64,000 bases of DNA from Octopus vulgaris (GCA_951406725.2 OX597823.1:117924001-117988000), one strand, 5' to 3'. Positions 1 to 12,143 are shown, numbered from the stretch's first letter. Notes: a model not told the origin generated them from the sequence alone. Translations and numbers: made by a program.

Positions 1-1502
1 CTAAGAATATGCAAAAGAAACTGATAAATTATAGTTACTAAGGAATTTATATACAATTATAAATATATAGGGGTGAAAAAAGTATTCGTACAGACCATAA
101 ATAACTGATAATTCTGATTTAATACTTCGTAGCATAACCATTATTCAGTTCCACTTCAACCAATCTCTTCTTGTAGTTCTTAATCAATAACTTGCATGTT
201 TCTTTAGGAATTTTTTCCCAGTCTTCTTGACAAATTTTCTTCAAATCAGGAATGCACGTTGGGGCTCTTGAATGAATTTTAATTTTCAAATAACGCCACA
301 AATTTTCAATGGGGTTCAAGTCAGGTGACTCGCTTGGCCATTCTAATAATTTTATATTGTGATTGACACTCCATTTTTTGGTAGACTTCGCCATGTGCTA
401 AGGGTCGTTATCCTGTTGTAAAACCCACCCTTCACAAAGCTGGAGCTTTTTTACAGAGTCCCATAAATTATTGTTCAAAATATTTTGGTACATCTCTGCA
501 TTCATTCTACCATCTATCACATGTAAATTGCCAGTACCATTTGCAGAGAAACACCCCCACACCATGATGTTGCCACCTCCAAACTTTATGGTAGGAATTG
601 TGCTTTTCGGCAAATAGGCAGTACCATCTTTTCTCTAAACATGGCTACGTGAATTTCTTCCAAACAATTCAATTTTCGACTCGTCTGTACATAAAGCAAT
701 AAACACGTATCAGGTTTATCTTTATGTTCATAAACAAATTTTAAACGGGCATCTCTGTGCCTTTTAGTCAACAGCGGAGTTTTTCTAGGAGAGAGTGACT
801 TCAGTTCATTTCTATGAAGTTCATTGCTGATTGTTCATAGTGTAACACTAGTCCCTAAAGCTAACAAATCTTCTTGCAACTCCTTTCTAGTGATCATTGT
901 GTTTTTTTTTCGATTCTTCACTTCATTTTTCTTAAAGATCTAGGGGAAATCTTGCGTGGTGCACTGGATCTTATTCTGTTTTCAACAGTTCCTGATTTTT
1001 TATATCTTTGAATAAATGAAGATATGGTAGAAAATGGAATACAAAGGATCTCTGATATTTTCCTGCAACTTTTACCTGCTTTCCACTGTTCAATAATTAA
1101 GTTTTTCACTGTATTTGTGAGTTCTTTTCTTTTCCCCATTATTATGATACTACTTTATGTTGTCTCAGTGCTGAATGAAGAAGCTAGCATTTTAACACTT
1201 AAAAATGACAACTGATAAGATTATTGGAACAAACAAGAAAGTTCTATTAAAAAAAAATTATTTTAACAGTATTTTGTGGCTTAGAAAATCATAAATTTAT
1301 TCTGTACGAATACTTTTTTCACTCCTAAATATTTATGATTGTATATAAATTCCTTAGTTATTATAATTTATTAGTTTCTTTTGCATATTCTTAGTTTATG
1401 CATCTGTATGCAAGTATAGTATTGGTATATCCAATTTATGTTCATTAGAAATTAAATAAAGAAAGAATTTTGACGTGTACGAATATTTATTTCCCCCCAC
1501 TG
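1..1502 (-). mobile_element. Tc1-family (DD34E) DNA transposon with long IR-DR-type inverted repeats; defective; left end outside window
   Basis: Positions 1-94 are the reverse complement of ~1301-1394. The repeated site TGTACGAATA occurs at ~1303 and ~1476, and the right end is CACTG followed by TA (1503-1504). Confidence 0.92.
119..1139 (-). pseudogene. Tc1 transposase pseudogene (DD34E)
   Basis: Fragments MGKRKELT..., [19 protein letters not shown] and WPSESPDLNPIENLW are split by frameshifts and a stop. 34 residues separate the second D and the E. Confidence 0.92.
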
Positions 1503-1814
1503 TATACATAAAGACTACATCATTTTGAGCTTATTACTTCAGAATGATCCAACAACACAACACTGGCTCAACATCCTAAGAATTCAAAACACTGATGGAA
1601 TTGAATGTCCAACATCCTAAGAAGCATGCTGGAATTCGGTCTTCATTGTCATTCAACAGACCAAATTATGGAAAAGGCTTTATCAATTTGATTTGGTCCT
1701 CAGTGAGACATCTGTACTTTTTTATTTTACTGCATGCTAAATGACTCTTTTACTTTTTGCGAAAAATGAAAGTATCTTGCAGAAAATATGGTATAATAAA
1801 ATAACTATGCATGA

Positions 1815-2033
1815 GCGTGGCCATTGCCAGTACCACCTGACTGGCCCTCATGCTGGTGGCACGTAAAAGCACCCACTGCACTCTTGGAGTGGTTGGCATT
1901 AGGAAGGGCATCCACTGTAGAAATTCTTCCAGATCAGATTAGAGCCTAGTGCAGCCATCTGACTCGCCAGTCCTCAGTCAAACTGTTCAACCCATGCGAG
2001 CACGGAAAGCAGACGTTAAACGATGATGATGAT
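1815..2033 (+). mobile_element. Short non-LTR retroposon with (GAT)n tail (RTE-associated SINE-like family)
   Basis: Motifs GGTTGGCATTAGGAAGGGCATCC and AACCCATGC...GGAAAGCAGACGTTAAAC(GAT)n recur many times in the window. Confidence 0.75.
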
Positions 2034-2737
2034 TGTTCTTCTGAAGATCCAAGAAAGACTCAAATATATTGGCTTAAAACTTGAAACTAATACAGCAAAC
2101 TGACCTGGTGAAATAAGAATGGAACATAAGCATGTCTTTGAATGCCCTTTAAGGACTTGCAAGATGTAAGGCTGTAACAAGCCATTTTTTGATCTAACAG
2201 TACTCTGTCTGGTGATTTGAAGCAAATTCTTCCGGTTGTTTGTTTTCATGAAAGACAAATTCATGAGTCAACATTCAAGAGATGTTGTCTCTGGGATCAT
2301 GTGGAAACTATGGAGCTGACAGCTAATCGTTAATTGATTCTGTGAATTACTGAACTACAAAGGAATTTTTTGATAAGGACCAGATAGTGAACATACTAAT
2401 ATTGACATACTATTCAATCCTGAAAGACTTTACTATAATTTCCAGGACAAAGATGAAGGAAGGAGTTGAGAACACATCTTTGACTTAGACTCCCAAAACA
2501 CATTAAATTGTTTCTTGAGTTGCTTGTCAATCCTGAACCTACACATTTTGAACATTTGAGGTGTCAAAAAAGTCAATCATTTAATGTTACCATGGTCTTA
2601 GAAACTATCCAGTTTTATTTTCTGTTTTGTCCCACACACACACACTGCTATTTAGCTTAATAAAGTTTCAAAATTTAATTACAGGGTAAGCAGCAATAGA
2701 GAAAAACATTATTAAGAAATATGAATGATGTTCTTAC

Positions 2738-2826
2738 TTTTTTTCATGTTGGACATAAAGACAATGATGATTTGGAATGGATCTATCAAGATCAACCTTG
2801 AAAAAGAGTACATAGTTCTTGCTCGT
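2738..2826 (-). CDS. RIC1: RIC1 coding exon 3 (89 nt, phase 0 to 2)
   Basis: Acceptor TCTGTTCTTTTCAG|, peptide TSKNYVLFFKVDLDRSIPNHHCLYVQHEK+AA, donor |GTAAGA. It resembles the RIC1 segment T..GYILFF...LY. Too short for the ORF track. Confidence 0.85.
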
Positions 2827-3923
2827 CTGAAAAGAACAGAAGAGGGAAAAGTAATACAAAACAGCAATGCAAGTTATAAGAGTTGATTAAAAGTATGTGT
2901 AGCTAAATCTTGTTATTGCCATGGAAGTTTATGTGCCTAGAAGTAAATGACATATGAATATTGGGAAGTAAAATTAAGAGATTTATGATGAGAGACAAAT
3001 ATAGGAATATACAATATTAAGGGTTGCTTTTTAAATATAATGTTATGATAATCACAAGAAAGGAAACTGAGAAAACAAATGTAATAGGATTAAATAGTAA
3101 TTATTGTAAAAATAGAACAGCTTTAGAAAGTAGTTTAGAAGTAAACAATGAAAAATAATTGAGAAGGAAATTTACTGGTACAATGGAACAGAAAAAACCA
3201 TTATCTTTCCCAATAGCACAAAGGTCTCTGATCTATAACCAATCCTTGGCATAACTAACCTTGACAGCAAAACTACACTTGACCATATGTGACAGAGAGT
3301 AAAATGATATTTAATGAGCTGAATGGATCACTGTCAAACATTTAAAGAACAAACTTTTGATTGAAGTTACTCAATCATATAATTGACACCACACCCTACA
3401 TTAAGCACTAGTTTACTATATATATATATATATATATATATCATTGATCAACAAGCTATACAAAACACCTTGAGTATTAAATAGGTAACCTGAAAAGCAC
3501 TAGTACAAATGAAATTATTTGGTACACAAGGGTAATATGTAACTATGTGATAGCATATTGGTATTTGAAAACAGAAAAAATACTACTGTATTAAAGACAA
3601 CTGATAAATTACAAGCTAAAAAAAGCGAAGGATCTTTAGTATCAAGTGCTTTGACATAACAAGCAGGGAAAACATTTGTTTCAAATATGCAATACGTTAA
3701 TACAGTGGTCAAATCTCTCAGTATCAGTGAAGAGCTTTTTGATACCAGGCTCTTCACTAGTTAATCTAGAAGCTAAATCTGATTTTAAAGAGCAGGTGAA
3801 TCCACATTGTGGATGGGCATTACAAAATCTAAAATTTAAAACAGTAAACCAAACAGAAATGAAATAGCTACAACTAACACTACCAAATGAAACATGAACA
3901 ACAACGAGTGAAATATAACTCAC

Positions 3924-4031
3924 CGTGACGGCGATAAGTGATGCATCATCTTTCCATTTTGCTAAACAACAATCTCCAACTTCTTTGTGTTTGGATGTGG
4001 AAAGTTTAAAATTGACTATTTGAACGGATGG
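3924..4031 (-). CDS. RIC1: RIC1 coding exon 2 (108 nt)
   Basis: Acceptor TTTTCTTGTTTTGCAG|, peptide PSVQIVNFKLSTSKHKEVGDCCLAKWKDDASLIAVT, donor ACG|GTGAGT. It continues exon 1 in frame, like the RIC1 pattern WYxR|PSVxIV...W..D...IAV. Confidence 0.9.
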
Positions 4032-4104
4032 CTGCAAAACAAGAAAAGTTATTTATTGAGAAGAAACAGTTGCAAATAGCATAGGAAAGAAAAAAAATTA
4101 TAAA

Positions 4105-4328
4105 TTTTATATCCTTGTATTGGATATATAACGAAGCAAGGGGAAAGAAAGTATATACATAACACAATACTATTAATATTACACAAGACATAATGCTCTC
4201 TATCAATGGTTTACAGTGAACTGCTTACCAACCCAAAAACTGCCAATCCCTCACAGTTCTTTATTTTATAATAATGAGTTAGCCCACCTTTTAGTCACTT
4301 GGTGGGTGGTCGGAGTCCTTCCACAACA
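4105..4328 (-). repeat. Gypsy 3' LTR
   Basis: Begins TGTTGTGG right after the PPT. It aligns with 7098-7147 plus 8404-8563. Confidence 0.88.
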
Positions 4329-7147
4329 TCTCCCCTTTTTAGAATCAGTCTTCCCAATCTTCTCTCCTTTTGAGAATTGAACTCTGCTCCGAGTTTTAAT
4401 ATCTCTTATGCCTATGGTTCAATTCAAATGTTTCCATTTTTTTCTGTTTTCTGGTGCTAGAAATGTGTAGTTCAAATTGTTTGGGTGTTGATACCTCAAA
4501 CATGTCGTAAAATACTTCCATGGGGATTTCATTTCTCGTAATTATTTTTTCCATGAATCTTTTTTTTAAGTTGGTTAATATGTCTTGTGTTCGACATTTT
4601 TTCCTTTTACCAGGAATATCTTTCTTCCAATTTATTTAATAATTACACCATTCTCCCAGCTTTCTTTACCACATCTATAGGTTTTTTAAAAAAATTTGTC
4701 ACCTAACTTGAAGAGTTTTGAAGTATTTTTGTTGTTCACCCTTCTTTTTTTATTTTCACTAGGTATCAGCTTATCAAAGACAGATCTGACCTTTCTAGCA
4801 AACATCACTTCTGCAGGTGACATTCCCAATGTGTATTCAGATTAGATGTTACTCAGTACACTCTTAGAAATTGTTGGAATGCAAAATCATCCATAACTTC
4901 ATTGTTCGCCTTTTTCAACACCCTCTTGAAAGTGTCAACAAAATACTTATTATGCATATTTGGAATATAATTTTGGTAATAATTTGCCAATCCTCAAAAT
5001 GCTCATAAAGTCACTATATTTGTTGGAGGGGGCTTATTTTTAATTGCATCTGCCTTCAAGGGTCTGGTTGACATCCATTTCTGTCAATGATTTCTCCAAA
5101 ATATGTTATTTTTGGTTAGAAAAATTCACACTTTTCTTCATTCAAAGTAAAGCTGTAATCCTTAATTTTTTGGAACACATATTTTACGTGCTCTATGTGT
5201 TGATCTCTGGATTCACTTTTAATGCGTATACTATCCAGATATGAAATTGTGAATTCACTATCTGCAAACATTGCATCCATGATCTGCTGAAACATTGCTG
5301 CTGCGACTTTTGAGCCAAATGGTAACCTGTGGTATTTATACAGTCCTTTATGTGTGTTAATTATTAGGCATTTAGAGCATTCTATTGTAATTTGTAGGTA
5401 CGTGTTAGAGAGATCCAATTTAGAAAATATCTTGCCACCATTTGATTTTGCAAAAATATTCTCCCAAGTACATAGGTAGCAGATAGTGGCACATTTTAAG
5501 ACATCCATTTAAACCAGTGGAAAAATCAGCACACACTCTGATTTTATTATTCTTATTCTTAACGTACACAGATGGTGATGTCCAATGACTATATTCCACT
5601 TTTTGGATAACTCCAATTTTTTCTAGTCTCTCTAAGTTTATCTGATCTAATTCTACAAATGGTACAGTTTGTTTTTGTTTAAATGTTGGTATGGTGTTTT
5701 CCTTTATTTGAAACCATGCTTTCATTTTGGTACACAGACCTAATATATCAGACAGAACTTCAGGAAAAAAATTTTTTAATTATTTTTTCAATTAATCTGA
5801 TGACTTATTTGTACTGGAGGAAAAACCCATTCACATTTTTACAGAAAAGATTTATGGGGAGGTCCCATAAGTTAAATAATTCCATCCAGTTAGTGCTGAA
5901 CAAGTGTGTTGTATTATTTAACACAAAAACTTTGGCTTTTAAGATTTTTTCATGAAATTTAATGTTACATATGAATATGCCCTCAAAATTTCTTTTTAAT
6001 CTAGGTCTCCTGATTTTTTCCATGTATCTGTGTTAATTATGAAGATATCACTGCCTGTATCCAATTGTGTTATAAATTTTTACATACACAAATTTCCTAT
6101 TTCGTATTTTTTGTCACCAATAATCCATTTACACGATTTTTTCTGTTGAATGGGGTTTTTTTAGGTTCTGTCCTACAATGTGACTTTTATGGCCCATTTT
6201 ACTACACTTGAAGCTTTTACATTTTTAAGCAAACTGTTATTTTTAAAATGTAGACCACCACACCCATAACATGGATTCAGTCTTGACATTTTTTCTTATC
6301 TGATGCCAGTTGACATGCTTGAACATGAAAGCAATCTTTATCTTCAATTTTATTTGATTCATGTCAGATTTATAATCCCCTGACATTCTTCTGCTACTGC
6401 CTGGAGAGTTAAATTTTGGTCCTGTTCTAATTTTGTTAATATCTGAGAACATATATCTGCATCTCTGTTTGCAGTAAGCCCATGAACAAAAATTAAACAC
6501 TGGAACATATTGGGGGTCAATGCATTCAATTTGAGTTTCTCTCACTATCTGTTAACCACTCTGGCATAGGTGACAAAATCATCTCTTTAGACCAAATTTA
6601 AACATTGCCAGTGAGTATTGAAAAGGGAGCATTTTTCCCTGAACATTTTCAATAAAATATTGTTTCATCAAAACAAATCTCACCTGGTTTCTTTGGCAGA
6701 ATATAATTACTATATTTTTCATGTTCGATAGGGGATAACTTTCTTAAAAGTAGTTGTAATTTTTTCATGCTGGACCAACTTTTACACGCTTTTTTGAAGA
6801 TTTCTTCATATCTTCGAAAATATGCAGAGAAGGTAATGCCTTCTTCTGGGTTATATTTGAATTCTCCAATTGAGTTTGCTATGCTGTCTAGCGAGTACAA
6901 ACCTGAGGTATTTTCAGACTTCCTCAACATTAATTCCAGCAACTGTTGGTTTTGTGGTTTTTGTTGTAGTTGCTACTGCTGCTGTTGCAACTGCACCACA
7001 GAGACCAATAAGTTCTCCATGTCAAATGATATTTTTCTTTGGTTTCCAAAACAAAATTTTAAACATCCAATGCAAGCTTCAAACATCTCATCGCCACTTT
7101 TATATCCTTGTATTGGATATATAACAAAGTGCGGCAGGAAGAAAGTA

Positions 7148-8401
7148 CAGTGGTTGGACAAAATAATGGAAACACATAGCATCATAGTTTTGAAATATCT
7201 ATAAAACCATCAAAAGCTTGTTTATTTTTGTTTTTTGATATATTATTAGTGTTGCTTAATATGTTTTGCTAAAATTGCTGTTTCTTTTCAGATATCATCA
7301 GAAAAAGGTAATTAAAATTCATTACAATGACAGATCTATCGGACTTTCAAAGAAGTCAAATTGTTGGTGCTTGTATGGCATAACGAAAACAGCTAAAATG
7401 TTTGGTGTATCAAGAAGTACTGTCTTGAAAGTAGTGAGAGCCTTTGAGAAAGAGGGAAAAAACCTCCTCCTGGAAACAAAACTCCGGAAGAAAACCAAAA
7501 TTTTCAGACAGAGATCATTGGACTGTTATGTGAATTGTTAGAAAGGATCACAAAAGTACAGCTCTCAAAATTACTGCAGAGCTCAATGGCCACCTCAAGA
7601 ACCCAGTTTCCACAAAAATTGTTTGCCAGAATCTGTACAAAGCCAGATTTCAGGGGAGGGCTGCAATCAGAAAACCACTACTTTCAAAAACAAATGTTGC
7701 AAAGCATTTAGAGTGGAGTAAAAACCTATAGAAATGGTCCCTAGAGCAGTGGAAGAATGGTAATTTCTCAGACGAGTCATTCTTCACCCTATTTCCAACC
7801 ACCAGCCGGGTATACGTGTGGAGATGGCCAAAAGAAGCATTTGACCCAGACTGCCTTCTTCCAACTGTTAAACATGGAGGAGGATCTGTGATGATCTGGG
7901 GGGCCATATCTTGGAAATTCGCCAGCCCAATGGTTTCCCTTCATGGCAGGATTAATAGTCAAAACTATTTATGCATTTTATAAAATCAAATTCATCTTAA
8001 TGTTGCGGAACTGATTCTGGAGGGAAATGCAATTTTTCAGGATGAAAATGCACTAATTGACACAGCTAAAGTTCTTACTGAATGGCACAAGGGACATTCT
8101 AGTGAAGTTGAACATCTTATCTGGCCACCACAGTTCCCAGATCTCAATATTATTGAACATTTATGGTGCATTTTAGAAAAACAAGTAAGGAGTTGATCTC
8201 CTCCACCATCATCACTACAAAAACTGGAGACTGTTTTAGCTGAAGAATGGACAAAAATTCCATTGGAAACAATTCAAACTTTGTACAAGTCCATACCTCA
8301 TAGAATTCAAGCTGTAATTACTGCCAAAGGCAGTCCTACCCCATATTAAAATAAATTTATTTGAAATTTTAAGGAGTTTCCATTATTTTGTCCAACCCTT
8401 G
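7148..8401 (+). mobile_element. Tc1-superfamily element with DD36E spacing (Incomer-like), defective, inserted in the Gypsy 5' LTR
   Basis: ~26-bp TIRs CAGTGGTTGGACAAAATAATGGAAAC and a TA duplication (7146-47, 8402-03), confirmed by the empty site GAAAGTATATACAT in the other LTR. The transposase runs 7327-8349 (MTDLSDFQRSQIVGA...GGGSVMIWG...FQDENA...PDLNIIEHLW...TPY*) with frameshifts. Confidence 0.92.
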
Positions 8402-8862
8402 TATATACATGACGCTACTATTAACATTACACAAGACTCAATGCTCTCAGCTTACAGTGAACTGCTTACCAACCTGAACGGCCAATCGCCCACAGTTTTT
8501 TAATAATAATAAGTCAGTCCACCTTTTAATCACTTGGTGGGTGGTCAGAATCCCTTCACAACAACAACAATGGTTTAGAGTAGTGGTGTCAAGACCTAGG
8601 AAATATATGTTACTGAACAGGAATGTTAACTCTAGCTCATACTTAACAGTGTCATATATTTTATCCATGTCCATAAGCCCAAGATGAGCACTTAAGATAA
8701 TTTTTCAGAAGAAATTTCATCTTTGAAGATGAAAAAGATTTAAAATTTACATCTAGTGTATCCATGGCCTGGTGGATAAGAGCATAATACCCTTAGTTTT
8801 TGAAATTTAGGAATATAGGTTCAAAGTTCAAATCTGATCTGATACTGTGTGTGGGGGGGGGG

Positions 8863-9135
8863 GAAGACGTGGCTCAATGGTTAGGGTATTCTGCTCACAA
8901 TCATAATGTCATGAGTTCAATTACCAGCGATGCGTTGTGTCCTTGAGCAAGACACTTTATTTCATGATGCTCCAGTTCACTCAGCTGGCAAAAATTTGTA
9001 GTACCTGTCACAATCTGTGTCATGCCGAATCTCCCTGGGAACTACATTAAGGGTACACACATCTGTGGGATGCTCAGACACATGCATATTACTTTTATGA
9101 GCAGACTATTCAGTTGATTGGATCAACTGGAACAA
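8863..9135 (+). mobile_element. tRNA-derived SINE
   Basis: A-box TGGCTCAATGG and B-box GAGTTCAATT, followed by the GTGTCCTTGAGCAAGACACTTTATTTCA block shared with the 25636 and 34848 copies. Confidence 0.75.
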
Positions 9136-9168
9136 TAGTGTGTGTGTGTGTGTGTGTGTGTCTGTAAT

Positions 9169-9206
9169 TCTTTCTGTTGAAGAGCATAGGCTCAAAATGT
9201 AAAAGA
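9169..9206 (+). ncRNA. Degenerate minimal hammerhead-ribozyme motif in a Penelope-like pLTR fragment (~9165-9295)
   Basis: TCTTT-CTGTTGA-A-GAGC atag GCTC-AAAA-T-GTA-AAAGA. Stems I and II are intact, but core positions 6 and 12 are altered. Confidence 0.5.
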
Positions 9207-9312
9207 CTTTTCCATTCTTTACGACCGTTAAACTAATACACCTGCTTGTTGTTCCCACATCTGTCTTCATCTTTTGTTTACTCTTATTTGTGCTATATAT
9301 ATATACACACAC

Positions 9313-9516
9313 AGGTGAGCACATAAGTGCAAAACAAAATGGGAAAAATAGTACTTGAATACCAGAGTAATATGTTCTTATTAAAGCTGCAAAATTAGCA
9401 CAAGATTGTTACTCAGAGTTTCACACTCCCGTTTGTTGGACGGTTGTGTTTTCATCACAACTGTCCAACAAATGGGAACATAAAAGTCTGAGTAACAGTC
9501 TTGTGATAATTTTGCA
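9313..9516. mobile_element. Fold-back Penelope-like element (same family as 55223-55458), CpG-decayed
   Basis: Inverted arms ~9388-9448 and 9456-9516. The leader is homologous to 55225-55300, and each strand carries a decayed hammerhead motif. Confidence 0.65.
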
Positions 9517-9589
9517 TATGTATATGTGCCATGATAGATCGGTAGCCACTACACACATTTTTTTTCTCTCCTTGTTTCTTTTTGTGTTC

Positions 9590-9625
9590 CTTTCTGAGGA
9601 AGAGCGTAGGCTCGAAATGTAAGAG
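9590..9625 (+). ncRNA. Minimal type-I hammerhead-ribozyme motif with canonical core, in a Penelope-like pLTR fragment (~9525-9720)
   Basis: CTTT-CTGAGGA-A-GAGC gtag GCTC-GAAA-T-GTA-AGAG: CUGANGA core, 4-bp stem II, GAAA, GUA cleavage triplet and a 4-bp stem I with one G-U. Confidence 0.65.
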
Positions 9626-9715
9626 ACTTTTTCAATTCCCGAGCATTATACTAATACATCTGTTTGTTTTCTACACCAACTGTCTTCGTCTTTTGTTTTT
9701 TTTTTTGTGAATTCT

Positions 9716-9749
<34 letters not shown>

Positions 9750-11872
9750 ATGAATAAATCACTTAATGATGATTAGAGATTGAAACATACTGTACATGTA
9801 AATATTAAAACATTTTTTTTACCCCTTTATTTGAGGTTAATAACGAAAAGTGTTTTGTCACATGCCTAAAGTGAACACCTAGACTAATAGAAAAAAGGTG
9901 TCTTACTTCTTCGTTTTAAAGATTGATAGATAGGTCTTGCTATTACAAAATAAAAAGAAAGTCACCAACAACACAACACTGCTGAGAAAGCCCACCTGAG
10001 ATAAATCTTACTTCCAAATCATAAGACACATTGATTGGGTCACAACAGTGCAATATAAAGCAGGGGTCAAACCCACAGACAAGTATTCTCATATACACAT
10101 ACATAAACACATTCATTGATTACTATTCAATGGGAATGGACATTCTATCCTGTCATTCACTAAATTAAAATATATTGGTTGATAAGTCTCTTGAGACCAA
10201 AAAAGATTATTCTACAATTTTTTGCAAAACAATCTGCACAGAAGACTTGTTTAAGTCTTTAGCATTCAGATTACTGTCAAGTATGATACTTATTTATTCA
10301 CAATGTTTTGAATTAATCATGAATTATCTCATGGCTTCAAGATATTGTTTATTTTTAGAATATATTATAGGATAAGTGTGTGAAGCTGGATCTGGCTACT
10401 TTGAACATAAAACAGATATAATATTTGGGCCCAATATGGCCAGGTTAAATGCTAAAAGGTTATAGCTAGTTTTAATTTAAAATCTAGCTTAAATTTACAA
10501 AACATTATCAATTCTACTTAATAGTTCAGGGATTATTTCATATATCCAATCAGTGAAGATACAGATTGAATGAGTTAGGCAAAAAAATTAGCAACCATCT
10601 GGTTCTCCCACATGGTTGCAGAGCAAACCTGTTAGCCACATAGCCATGAATGCCTTAATAATTATTATTTTCATTCATAAGTACAAGGGAAAACATGAAA
10701 AAAAAAAAACATCTTTTGGTTTACTGCTTTTGCTGTTAGCATTTTTAGTAAAGTGAATTACTATAAATAATAGAAACTAGGTCACAAACTCAATCGGTCA
10801 ATAAGAGGACTTCTTGCAGGACAGCTTCATTTTCTATTCTTTTCTTAATCTAATCTGGAGTGGTGGGTATGTGATGAAATGTTTCTTCCCACAATTGACT
10901 CAACTATTGTCTGACTCAAAGCATTGATAGCCAGGCTGGCAGGGAAGAATGAAATGTAAATGTTTCATATGGTTTAAAGCAAAAGAATTTGAAAAGTTAG
11001 TCGAAACTTCAAAGTGTATTTTTAGTAACAACAACAACAACAACACATGCAGTAATAACAAATAAAAATAACAACCAGATGAATATCCTCCCTCATTCTA
11101 AATAGCTGTCTTCAATAAACACAGCTGAGTACAAACTATTAAATTTTCTCAGCAGTAAGAGTAGTGGAGATAGTTGTAATAGGGCCAGCATTCTAGTTAT
11201 AGTGGAGGTATTATTCTCATAGTGGTGGTGGAAGTGGTACTGTGTTGTTGCTGTGGTGGTGACATTACAATTGTGGTGGTGATGGTACTGTTACAATGGT
11301 TATTGTGAAAGGGGTTGTTAATGTATAGTGGTGGAAAGAGAAGAGAAGAGCTATATGGAAACAAGACAGCAATGGCTTGAATGAGAGTAGAAGTAAGATG
11401 GAAATAACAAGTACAAGATGACTAGATAAGAGCTATGAATATGTGTAGTGGGGAGAGACAGAGAGAGAAAGAAAGAAAGAAAGAAAGACGAGTTATAGCA
11501 ATAACAGGAGATGGATGTTGAGGAAATAATGAATTATGTAAAAAACAAATATATAAAAAGAGAGCAAAGTAAGAAGAGAGCAGGGCTTCTTTAAGCTTCT
11601 CTTGAAATTAAGAAAACAAAAGATGCTTTCATTCACAGTACAGCAAAAACAATGCTTCCTTTCCCAACTGAAAGCTGTGTATTCTAGTTCTTTGCCAAAA
11701 TCACCTGCACCAACTCTCCATTATCTTCCTTTCCTTCCTTGTTCAATTCAAATGACTGTTAGCTAATTCTCTATTCCTAACACCAAACAAGTTTGCAACA
11801 TGCTTTTCATTTCACTTATAACACAAATAAGTCTGCTGTTGCCACTCTTCTGCAAAACTAATTCCAACCTTT

Positions 11873-12143
11873 CATTTCTTATTTCTTTATTGCCCACATG
11901 GGGTTAAACATAGAGGGGACAAACAAGGACAGACAAAGGGATTAAGTCAATTACATCAACCCCAGTGTGTAACTGGTACTTAATTTATCGATCCCAGTGC
12001 GTAACTGGTACTTAATTTATCAACCCCGAAAGGATGAAAGGCAAAGTCGACCTCGGCAGAATTTGAACTCAGAACGAAACAGCAGACGAAATACCGCTAA
12101 GCATTTCACCCGGCATGTGCTAACATTTCTGCCAGCTCACCAC
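11873..12143 (-). mobile_element. SINE with MetaSINE-like central domain; internal ~33-bp tandem duplication
   Basis: Reverse complement of GAGTTCAAATTCTGCCGAGGTCGACTTTGCCTTTCATCCTTTCGGGG...AAGTACCAG. The stretch CCCAGTGYGTAACTGGTACTTAATTTATC occurs twice. Confidence 0.75.

Larger units (their letters stand above)
4105..8563 (-). mobile_element. Ty3/Gypsy LTR retrotransposon (Mag/K02A2.6-like), defective, internally deleted
   Basis: Two LTRs (4105-4328; 7098-8563, interrupted by a Tc1), PBS TGGCGATGAG next to 7096, and PPT AAAAAAGGGGAGA before 4328. Coding remnants are gag (FKYNPEEGITFSAYFRRYE), Zn knuckles, protease LDTGSD and RT (RVCADFSTGLN, FSKLDLSNTYLQI, RLPFG, YLDS). RT is joined directly to the integrase C-terminus (FVDTFKR) near 4945. 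Confidence 0.92.

Noticed and set aside
1505-2737. Search for RIC1 exon 4
   Set aside because: No convincing phase-2 exon was found. It probably lies beyond the window start.
3681-3923. Remainder of the 118-aa ORF after RIC1 exon 2 (likewise 51730-51930 after exon 1)
   Set aside because: Read-through into introns past consensus GTGAGT donors. RIC1 similarity stops at the donor.
9907-9995. Possible 89-nt cryptic minus-strand exon (CAG|...AA|GTAAGA)
   Set aside because: Weak polypyrimidine tract, frameshifting length and no RIC1 similarity. It cannot be supported without RNA data.
10032-10060. ATTGG plus TATAAAG, promoter-like on the + strand
   Set aside because: No credible downstream exon or ORF, and such motifs are common in AT-rich DNA.
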